Assembly: GCF_006345805.1 (NCBI RefSeq)
Contig: NC_043014.1
Span: forward strand, 15,810,001-15,874,000
DNA length: 64,000 nt
Direction of reading: 5' to 3'
Source of the DNA: Octopus sinensis
Lineage: Eukaryota
Shown here: positions 12,320 through 23,029 of the stretch, piece by piece
Layout of the letters: the number at the start of each line of letters is the position of its first letter
How positions within the stretch are numbered: position 1 is the first letter of the stretch
Notes under the pieces: model-generated
The model's database searches: none
What the model was told of the DNA's origin: nothing
Seen by the model: the letters and a program-made list of their open reading frames with translations, nothing else
Translations under genes and position numbers: made by a program

Positions 12320-13590
12320 TTTGTAGCGGACTCTCTCTTTGTGATATATACATGAGTACGGTCGTTCTTACAAATGGTGACCGCTCAACGTGATGTCGAA
12401 CACGCAGCCTCACGTTCACACGGACGTCTACGAAATGGTGACTTTTCTGATAGTTCAGTGCCACCTTCCTTTCACTTTAATGACCAACTGCTCTTTATAA
12501 TTTTACCTCTTTGCTACAGATATGTCTACTTTTTATTGTCTCTTTTGTTCTTTCACAAAATGACTAGGGGGGGGGAGGCTATCTGTAGCGGACTCTCTTT
12601 CTTTCTCTCTCTCTGTTATAGATACATGAGTATGGTCGTTCTTACAAATTTATCTACGAGTCTACATTTCCTGGACTCAGAGTCAAATATAATCCTGGTC
12701 GTAGAGACTTTTTCGGGAACAACCTTTTCAGTTCGGTTCGTAGAGCTGACGTTTTTATAAAGCGTTGCTATTGTAGTTCAAAACGTTTTTCTTTAATCAA
12801 TAGACATAACTTGGGTGTCTTGATGCTTTTTTCATTTGTCAACGTTTGAGAATAAAGAAGCATGATAAAATCTCTCCTTGAATTTCCCGTCTGTCATATC
12901 TTATAGGGTGTTTAGTACTATCAAGATTCAGAAAGTTTGAGTTAACTTTGGTTTCGTATATAATCGTTTCTAGATTACAGATCCATTCAGTGGGTATGTA
13001 TGTATTTCTATATGAGCAATCGACCTCAAAAGATGCGGTAGGTTTATGAGATATAATATTCTCCATATTAGCTGGATAGCTAAAACTTACGTTATTAGTT
13101 GTCTGTTGAATAGTTTCGTATATCAATAGCTAATGGGGAAGTGTTTATCGATTTAATTTAGAAAGGTTTCTGCTATATTGAACTGAACGTTTAACCAGTA
13201 GGCGTGTAAACTAAATGATATTACAATACCTTTTCTATTCGGGGGGATCCTGGATTAGAGATACACATGATCTTATCTTTGAATCTATTCGTTTCTAAGG
13301 TGTCATTGTAGTAAGGGGCTTCTTTGACAAAGATCTCATTCCTAAAGTGTAGATTTTAAATCCTACTTTCATAGGTAGGTAAAATAAAATCTGACCCTGT
13401 CTTTACATGAAATTTCCGTTTGGTTTCTAAACGGTTTGTATGAAATAGTATTTACACCTTCAATAACATCCAGGAAATCAATTATGGTTAACTTTGTTGC
13501 TATGGAGATTCTAAGGCCAGAAGTACTAAATGCTTAGAAGGTATCCATTTTTAGTGTATTTGGCATATGCCCTCTAGCTGTCTTTTCATC
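12320..13590 (-). mobile_element. Decayed Penelope-like element (Neptune type): thumb, linker, GIY-YIG and partially duplicated terminus
   Basis: Minus-strand remnants: GLRISIATKLTIIDFLDV..YKPFR (~13420-13520), NVQFNIAETFL..IDKHFP (~13135-13195), VSFSYPANMENIISH, DCSYRN..ICNLETIIYETKV, TDGKFKERFYH. Direct repeat 12322-12375 / 12584-12649 just downstream of the ORF end. Confidence 0.8.
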
Positions 13591-13716
13591 TTTGTAAAAA
13601 CCAAACTTCATAGAAGTAAACTTTCTGTTTAATATATCCAAGATATACTACCCTGTAAGGGTGTATCAGAAACATATATTCATAAATGCTGATAGGGAAG
13701 CATGTAAATATATATA

Positions 13717-13800
<84 letters not shown>

Positions 13801-14039
13801 AGAGTGTATACACACACATGCATAGATGCATGTATATACTTACATACGTGCATTTATGCATGCAATTCTTCCTCTTTCGAATGTTGTAAACAACCCAGTC
13901 ACTACAAGAAACTTTTTCTTACCTTGAGAGATGCAAAACTTCAGGATAGTGACTATCAACAGAATCAAAAGTAGGTCTTGAAATATTGTAAAGATGTTAT
14001 CCTGGAGATGATTAGATATGTACTGTGTACCAGAACCAG

Positions 14040-14260
14040 GATGGAGGTGAATCTTTACCAGATTCTTTGCCATGGTCAAGGCATTTTGTTGGTAGAGAAA
14101 TGAAGTAAATGAGTTAGTCTGAGTATGTGAGAGAGTAATTAAGCTTAGACTAGTCATAGGCAACACAACGGAAATAGTGATCTCTGCCTATGCACCTTAA
14201 CTGGAACAGACAGGTGAGCAAAAGGACCATGTCTATGAGGCCATTTTATACAATTCCCTA
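14040..14260 (+). mobile_element. Probable RTE apurinic-endonuclease fragment
   Basis: IVISAYAP*LEQTGEQKDHVYEAIL resembles the RTE APE motif IISAYAPQ...EEKD.FY..L. Confidence 0.45.
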
Positions 14261-15480
14261 ATCATTTGGAACACTAACTTCATGTAAACTACATTTACTT
14301 GATCATCCACCATTCAGGTGAGCATGCAAGCCAGGTAGACTTCATGCTCTTTATGAAGTGAAATAGACAGCTGCTCGTTAACGCTAAGTCTTTCCCCTAT
14401 GAAGGATAAGCTGTTTAACATAGACTAGGGATTAGTGACATCAGTGTAAGAACTAGACAGATCCAGAGACACCAAGTAATCTGCATTTAAAGTGATCCTT
14501 TTTCCTACAACTCCAGTTGATATGTATGTTTGTGTACATCTTATGTGTGTGTATATCTTTATGTGTAAACATCTGGAATGGATGTAAACATTTATGAGAA
14601 AAGCAAAATCAAATGAAATCCTGTGCACACACACACACATGCATATGCACACACATGCATGTGCACACACACACACACACACGTGCACAGGCACGTGCAT
14701 GCTATCGGTTATGATGACAAGGGTTCCAGTTGAGTCAGTCAACGAAACAATCTGCTTGTGTAATTAATGTGCAGGTGGCCGAGTGCTCCACAGACACATA
14801 GTTCTCAGGGAGATTCATCATGACACTGAGTGTGACACTGAGTGTGACACTGAGTGTGTCCCTTTAAAATACATGTGCTACGCATTTTTGGCAGCTAATG
14901 AACTGGAGCAATGGGAAATAAAGCATCTTGCTCAAGGACACAACACACTACCTGGAACCGATACCACGACCTTACAGTCATAAGGTGAAAACCCTAACCC
15001 CTAAGCCATGCACCTTCACTCCACACACTCTCACACATAAATTCCATTGCACCCATCTCTCCATACCTTGGATCTATTTTGAGACACTCTCAACTCCCAA
15101 GCACACTCAAACATAATTTTCTGTACAGCTCATATTCACACTCACACTCAACATCCAATCAGGTTCTCACTCAAGTTTCCAACCAACTCAACAATTGCTT
15201 TCTACACTTATTAATTACTATACTGTTCAATCTCTCTCTCTCTCTCCCATTTCCCCCTCTCTTCTTTCTATCTTTACTGCTTTTCTCTTTCTTATACACA
15301 CACACACACACATACATCCTGCTCTCCACTCTCACTCTCTTCTCAATCTAGTTATGTGTTCTTGCTCTCCTAACTCACTCTTACTGTTTTCCTCTCCAGT
15401 TTCTGACTCATATCACCTCTCTCTCCCCTTTCTCTCTCTCTCCCCTTTCTCTCTCCCTCTTTCTCTCCTTCTTTTTCATC

Positions 15481-15511
<31 letters not shown>

Positions 15512-15594
15512 CATCTGTCTCTTTCTTTCACAGTATAATTACTCTTTGCTCTTACTCCTCCTCTTCCACTGCCTTCTGTTCAAACACAAACTCC

Positions 15595-15629
<35 letters not shown>

Positions 15630-16020
15630 CACACACACGTGCATACTCAAACATAACATTCCATATAACCTATCAGTCTATGAATGGATTTCAAGACCAT
15701 TCAGATCATTGTGCAGCTCCACACCACCACCACCACCACCACCACCGTCCTCACCACTGCAACCTCCTGTGATGTCACATGGTCTACTGTGATATCATAA
15801 CATCACTGATGTCTACTCAACCATGTCTCTGTCCCTGTCTACTTATGCCTTGATGTCTGTCTGTTTGTCTTATTTATTCATGTCAAAGTAGTCTCTCTCT
15901 TTCACATCTCTCCCTCTTTCTCTCTCTCTCTCTCTTTCTATGTAATCAGACTTTCCCTATCTGCTTTATTCTGTGATGGTATTAGCTGTGTGTGTGTATG
16001 TGTGTATGTGTGTGTGTGCT

Positions 16021-16070
<50 letters not shown>

Positions 16071-16363
16071 TATGTGTATATGTATACCATAGACACATGT
16101 GTGGTTGTGCGATTCAGAAGTTTGCTTCCCAACTACATGGTTTCAGGTACGGTCCCACTATGTGGCAACTTGAGTAAGTGTCTTTTACTATGTCCTTGGG
16201 CTGACCAAAGCCTTGTGAAGGAATATGACAGATGGAAACTGAAAGAAACCCATCATGCACATAGACATCCATATACATATACATACGCACAAATAAGCAC
16301 AAAAATATGCAAAGCAAGGCAGAAAGAAAATAGTACTTGAATACCAAAGGTAGAGTAATATGC

Positions 16364-16529
16364 CTTTATTAAAGCTGCAAATTTTTCATGAAACTGTTAC
16401 TCAGACTCTCACATTTCTGTTCATTGGACAGTTGTGATGAATGCACAATATTCATCACAACTGTCCGACGAATGGAAATGTGAAACTCTGACTAACAGTC
16501 TTGTGAAAATTTTGTATCTTTAATAAAAG
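16364..16529. repeat. 166-bp fold-back palindrome made of two inverted HHR-bearing PLE-like terminal fragments
   Basis: Arms 16364-16442 and 16450-16529, loop GCACAAT. HHR-like motifs at 16459-16499 (+) and 16392-16433 (-). Confidence 0.85.
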
Positions 16530-16561
16530 TATACACATACATATATACAAATATATATATA

Positions 16562-16789
16562 TTTCTTTACTACCCACAAGGGGCTAAACATAGAGGGGAC
16601 AAACAAAGACAGACAAACGGATTAAGTCAATTACATCGACCCCAGTGCGTAACTGGTACTTTATTTATCGACCCCGAAAGGATGAAAGGCAAAGTCAACC
16701 TCGGCGGAATTTGAACTCAGAATGTAACGGCAGACGAAATACGGCTGCACATTTCGCCCGGCGTGCTAACGTTTCTGCCAGCTCGCCGC
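16562..16789 (-). mobile_element. tRNA-derived SINE, family D
   Basis: Reverse complement of 10966-11190. Confidence 0.88.
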
Positions 16790-16818
16790 ATATATATATA
16801 TATATATATACAAATATA

Positions 16819-16872
<54 letters not shown>

Positions 16873-17401
16873 TATGTATGTATGTATATAAAGAATATGA
16901 GGGATTTAGTTCACTGGTGATCTAAACCAATAGGTACGTTGCCTAAGTGCTATAATTGGTCATCCCTTTGGTCATGAATAACCATGGGATTGCACCTAGA
17001 AAGTTCCCCTCCAATGCCCAAGTCCAGGTGAGGTTGTTTATGGAAGACCAGCAGTCATCCATGCATATCAGTCTCCCCTGTCCGTGACACTGATGTTATT
17101 CAAAGGAAAAGCAAAGGCCGATACAGCTTGGCACCAAACATCGCTACTCATTTCTACTGATGAGTAAACTGGAGCAACGTGGAATAAAATGTTTTGTTGA
17201 AGAAGTATGTTAGGAGTATGTAACTTTTACTAAAGGAAAGTCTAAACTCACTTATCATGCTAATTCAATCTTGGAATTATGTTAAGGATGCTTATATCTC
17301 CAATCACTTCACATTGATTTAACAAAGAGGAGATAATTCAGATGATAAAATAAAATGAATGCTCATCAATGAAACATGATACTCATGTTTCTCTCTGTGT
17401 G

Positions 17402-17441
<40 letters not shown>

Positions 17442-17824
17442 CAGGTAGCAAATTGAGAGTCATTAGAGCATTGGGTAGAATATTTTGTTGTTTACATTTC
17501 AGCTTTCAGCAGTTTGAGTTCAAATCCCACCAAAGCTGACTTTGCCTTTCATCCCTTTGTGGGTTGGTAAATAAAGTACTCATCTTGTGCTGGTGTCAGT
17601 TGTTCTCTCTCACACACACTTTCTTTCTTTCTCTCTCTCTCTCTCTAATTCTCACTTTCTCTATTGGTTTTTCTCTGGATGAAACTGACTATGGTCAGAC
17701 CTGGAAAGGGATGGCATGGAGGTGGGGCAGTTACCCTGGGTTTAAATGCTCAAGACATACTGTATGTCACAATGGCAGCCCTACAACTTTATCGTGAATT
17801 GAGGATCCAAGGCAAAGCAAACCA

Positions 17825-18420
17825 TGTGTGTGTGTGTGTGTACATGTGCATGTGTATGCATGTATGTACATGTGTGTGCATTGTGTAAATGCATACATGT
17901 ATATAAGTGTTTGTGCATATGTATGCGTGTGCAAGTGTCCACATGTACAAGTAAACATGTGTATGCATATGCATACTATACATGTATGTATATGTATGGG
18001 GAATGCTTGCATTTGTGAATGTGTATACGTGTGTACATGTTCATGTTTATATGCGTTTATGTGCATGTGTGCATTAAACTGGTGTGTAAACATATATAAA
18101 CATATGCATGTGAATGAGTGCATATATACATGTGGATGCATGTTCATGCATGTTTGTGTGTTGTGTTAATCTTAACATGCATAAATGTAAGTAGGTGCAC
18201 ATACATGTGTGTAGATAGATATGTGTGTCTATATCTATGTATAGATGTGTGTGCTCATGCGTGTATGTATATGTACAGATGTGTGTGTGTGTATGTGTAC
18301 TCATGTGAATGTGTAGAAGTCCAGCTTGTTTGTTTTGTTACAGTGTATGAGTGTGTGAGAAGGAAGAGTGGGATGGAGAAGAAGGGAAAGAGAGAGTGTG
18401 TGTGAAAATATGCGTGTGTA
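17825..18420. repeat. Degenerate (TG)/(CATG)-type low-complexity tract
   Basis: Direct reading. A similar tract lies at 51710-51990. Confidence 0.85.
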
Positions 18421-18544
18421 CATGTATGCCTGTTTGTGTATGTGGTTTGCCCATCTCATCTGTCTGTCCTATTCCGTATGTGTGTACTTGTGTGTGAATG
18501 CATATGTGAGTGTCCAGCTTGTTAGCTAAGTTGTGTGCTTGTGT

Positions 18545-18852
18545 AGGAAAGACAGAGAGAGCAGAGAGAGAGTGTGGGACAGAGAGAGAAAGAGCGACAG
18601 AGAGAGAGAGTAACAGAGAGAGAGAGATCGACAGAGAGAGAGAGAGAGAGCAACAGAGAGGGAGAGAGAAACAGAGAGGGAGAGAGCAACAGAGGGAGAG
18701 AGCAACAGAGAGAGAGAGAGAGCAACAGAGAGAGAGAGAAACAGAGAGAGAAAGAGAGAGAAACAGAGAGAGGGAGAGAAACAGAGAGGGAGAGAGCAAC
18801 AGAGGGAGAGAGCAACAGAGAGAGAGCAACAGAGAGAGAGCAACAGAGAGAG
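18545..18852. repeat. (AG)n-derived minisatellite with recurrent GAGAGAGCAACA units
   Basis: Direct reading. It explains the spurious long SL/RE-rich ORFs at 18338-19264. Confidence 0.9.
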
Positions 18853-20736
18853 ATTGTGTGGGTGTATGTGTATGTGTGTGGGTGTGTGTGTGTGTGTGCC
18901 TTGTTTTGTTTCGTATTGTATTTGTGTGTATGTGTAAGGGACACATACACAAAAATAGAGAGTGAGTGACAGTGTGTTTGAAAGAGAGAGAGAGGAGGAT
19001 AAGGAGATTGGTGGTGTGAGTGGAAGTGAGAGAGGAGGAGGGAATAAATGAGAAAATAAGTGCATGTGAGAGGGAGTGGGGGAGAAAAGAAGAGTGGATG
19101 AGTGTGTGCATTTGTGTGAGAGAGAGAAGAGAGGAACTGAGAGAGGATCCACCATATTCAGCCTCTTCCATCATAATAATAATCTTTGGAAGCAGAACAG
19201 TGGCAACCGATACAAACAAAGCAACAGATTGTACAATTACAAGATCAAATCCTGTCCAGGTCATGTTTGCTTTTCATTTCTCTCTGGGGACAATAAAATA
19301 AATACTGTTGAATGCTCAATACATGCTCTACGTCACAATGGTACCCCTACAACTTTATCATGAACTGAGGATCAAAGGCAAAGCAAGGCATGTGTGTGTA
19401 CGTGTGCACATGTATGGATGTACATGTGTGTGCATTGTGTAAAGCAGGGGTTTAGTCTTGTGTGACCCCACAGTAGTCAATCTTCTAATTGTACCCATCA
19501 AGGTCCTTTTGTTTGAGGTAGTGTTTTATGACAGGATGCCCTTCCTGTTGCCAACTCTTTCAGTCACACACGGGATGCAGGGAAGTAAAGCAAATGCTAT
19601 CACAAGTCCTGGAACTCATAGGGGCCAGTTACTCAGTTTCCATGGCATGTAAATGACTGAGATCACAACATTTGCCCTGAATGGGGTGCCAGTCTATCAC
19701 AGGTTTACTCATTTACAGCAGAAGGGTTGGAGCAACATGAAATGAAGAGTTTTGCTCAAGAACACAATGCACCACCTGGCCTATGAATCAAAATCACGAT
19801 CTTGTGATTGTGAATTCAGCACCCTAAACATTAGGTTCTTTCATGGAGTCGATAAGGCCCTTTGTGATATTTGGTTCTGTCTTAATGCAACAAGCTGGCA
19901 GAATTGTTTGCATGCTGGATGAAATACTTAACAGTATTTCATCCACCTCTACGTTCTGAGTTCAAATTCTGCTGAGGTCAACTTTCATCTTTTTGGGGTC
20001 AATAAAATAAATCTCAGCAGAGCACTGGGGTCAATGTAATTGACTTACCACTACCCTGAACTTGTTGGCTTTGAGCCAAATTTTGAAATTGATATTTGAT
20101 TATGTCTCTTTATTTCTGATTTTAAATCCTACCGAGGTCCATTTTCCCATTGAATGTACTGAGATTAACAAAATAAATACCACCCAATAAAATAAGCACT
20201 GATACAAGGTGATGCTCCAGCATGGCTGCAGTTAAATGAGTGAAACAAGTAAAAAAATTTTTTTAATGAAAGAATGAATCTAGAAGTGCTATCCATCAGA
20301 TTGACCATGTATCTGCATCTGAAAGTGCAGGTATGGGAATGGATTGTTATCATTTATCTGTAACATGTTTCAGTCATTGGACTGCAGCCATGCTGGGACA
20401 CTGCCTTGAAGGGTTTTAGTCAAATAAATCGATCCCATTACTTATTTTTAAAGTTTGGTACTCATGCTATTGGTCTCTTTTACTGAACTACTAAGTTATA
20501 GGAATGTAAACAAACCAACACTGCTTGTTCTCATATCAGTTGTATGCTGGAATAAATTTACCCATAAGAGAACTCAACCAATAAAGAACCCTTTATGCAA
20601 CCACTTGGCCTACCTAGAAATAGCAGCCAAATTCCTTTAAAAAAAAAGTTGGCTAGTCACATTTGGAACTTGTTTGACCATAGTTTCACTCAATCAGGAC
20701 TGACCTGGTGTTAAACAGCAACATTAATATTTCTTT

Positions 20737-21390
20737 CTATTATAGACACAAGGCTTGGAATTTTGTAGGGAGGGGCTAGCTTAATACATCAACCTCAGTG
20801 CTCTACTGATACTTATTTTATTGACCCTGAAAGGATGAAGGTCAAAGTCATCCGTGGTAGAATTTGAAATCAGAACACAGAGGGCAGAAAGAAATGCCAC
20901 GAAGCATTTTGCCCAATGCACCAACAATTCCACCAACTCACTGTCTTAAACAACTCTAATAGTAATAAAGGTTTCAAATTTTAGCACAAGGCCAGCAATT
21001 TTAGGAGAGAGGCAAATCAATTAGGTGAGGAGTAAATCAACCCCAGTCCTCAACTAGTAATTATTTCATTGACCCCAAAGTGATGAAAGGCAAAATCAAT
21101 CTCAATGGAATTTGAACTCAACATAATAACAGACAAAATGCCACAAAGCAGTTTGTCCCATGAGTTAATGATTTCTATTAGTTCACCACCTTAAAAAACA
21201 ACAATAATAATGATGAGGATGATGGCTTCAGTTTTTGGCACAGAGTCAGCAAGTTCAGGGGAGGGGGTAAGTTGATTATTTCGACCCCAGTACTGAATTG
21301 GTACTTATTTTGTTAACCCCCCAAAATGGTGAAAGACAAGGTTGACCTCAGAGGAATTTGAACTCAGGATGTAAAGATGGGCTAAATGCT
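20737..21390 (-). mobile_element. Head-to-tail array of three family-D SINE copies
   Basis: Three diverged units (~20737-20947, 20970-21192, 21228-21385) separated by AAT-rich spacers. Confidence 0.8.
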
Positions 21391-21479
21391 GCAGATGATA
21401 ATAACAATGAGGTGCATTGCTATACTCAAGAAGACCTTCCCAGCACAATTGAGATCCTAAAACCAAAGTGCCCCATAAA

Positions 21480-21675
21480 AAGCCCTGGTGCCAGTGCCAC
21501 ATAAAAAGCACTGGTAATGGAGCCACATTAAAAGCACCCAGTACACTCTGTAGAGAGGTTGGCATTAGGAAAGGCATCCAGCTGTAGAAACCAAGCCAAA
21601 TCAGGCTATGGAACCTAGTGTGGCCTCTGACCTTGCCAGTTCCAGTCAGGCCATGCTAGATTGAAAAATGGATGT

Positions 21676-21730
<55 letters not shown>

Positions 21731-21772
21731 CGACGACGACGACGATGATGATGATGACGATGGTGATGATGA
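21480..21772 (+). mobile_element. RTE 3'-tail fragment ending in (GAT)n
   Basis: AAAAGCACCCAGTACACTC..GGCATTAGGAAAGGCATCCAGCTGTAGAAAC is shared with the RTE 3' UTR at 25640-25710, and is followed by a (GAT)n/(GAC)n tract at 21675-21772. Confidence 0.8.
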
Positions 21773-22189
21773 TTTAATTCCCTGTGGTTTGAGTTCATAT
21801 CTTGAATCCAGAACCCATGTCCTTATCTTAAGTTTGCGAACAGAACAGAACTATAATTTACACAGACACAGCATTAAGTCTAGTTATCTTTCTATTTCAT
21901 GATTGTTTATCTTGTCCATAATATCAATGTTTATTTATTCCGTAATGTCAATGTTTATATATTCCATAATGTTAATCTACTTTAACAATCATTTCCATCT
22001 GACACTGACTATCCAGCCAGCCAGCCAGCCAACCAGCCAGCCAGTCATTTACTTAATCATTTATCTATCTATCACTCATTATGCATCACAGCATTATTGT
22101 TTTATATCTGACCTTATTTACACATCTCTCTCTCTCTTTCTCCATCAATTTGTTATTCTATTTCTGCCTGTAGATCTTCTTGCCTTCCT

Positions 22190-22199
22190 GCCTGCCTGT

Positions 22200-22271
<72 letters not shown>

Positions 22272-22292
22272 TTTTATATCTATCTTTCTTTA

Positions 22293-22323
<31 letters not shown>

Positions 22324-22334
22324 ATATCTATCTT

Positions 22335-22409
<75 letters not shown>

Positions 22410-22421
22410 ATCTATCTATCA

Positions 22422-22489
<68 letters not shown>

Positions 22490-22645
22490 TATATCTATCA
22501 ATCTTTCTTTCTTTCTTTCTTTCTTTATATCAATCTTTCTTTCTTTCTTTCTTTATATCAATCTATCTTTCTTTCTTTATATCTATCTTTCTATCTATCT
22601 TTCTATCTATCTACCTATCTATCTATCTGTCTGTCTGTCTGTCTA

Positions 22646-22684
<39 letters not shown>

Positions 22685-22710
22685 GACTGTCTGACTGTCT
22701 GTCTGTTTAC
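22190..22710. repeat. Compound (TATC)n/(TTTC)n/(TGTC)n microsatellite
   Basis: Direct reading. A second (TATC)n/(TGTC)n tract lies at 35845-36290. Confidence 0.97.
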
Positions 22711-23029
22711 CAAATGCAATTTTATTTTTCCTTGCCCTTGTCTTCCTCTCACTTTCTATTTTGTTATGGCTTTTGACTCTGACTAAAAACTTGCCTCTTT
22801 CTCTTTAACAATGGTCATTAAAGCTTTTTCGTCTGTTTTTCCTTCTATTTCATTTTATCAAAAACACACACACACACACACACACACACAACACATGCGC
22901 ATGCACACGCACATACATGCATGCACATATATACATACTCATTTTCTTGTACAACTTTCAGTCAGTAGACTGCGACCATGCTGGGGCACCAACTTCAAAA
23001 GATTTTACTTTATCGGGGATAGAGCATCA

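Noticed and set aside
12432-12475. CTGAACTATCAGAAAAGTC on the minus strand as a hammerhead of the Neptune-like PLE
   Set aside because: Lacks the NGA of the core; folds as a simple hairpin.
14820-14857. Three copies of TGACACTGAGTG
   Set aside because: Slippage expansion inside a SINE body.
18338-19264. 308-aa ORF and overlapping long ORFs
   Set aside because: Open only because the (AG)n minisatellite lacks stops.
21903-22694. 263-aa LSIY-rich ORF, and similar ORFs at 35780-36332
   Set aside because: Translation of (TATC)n.
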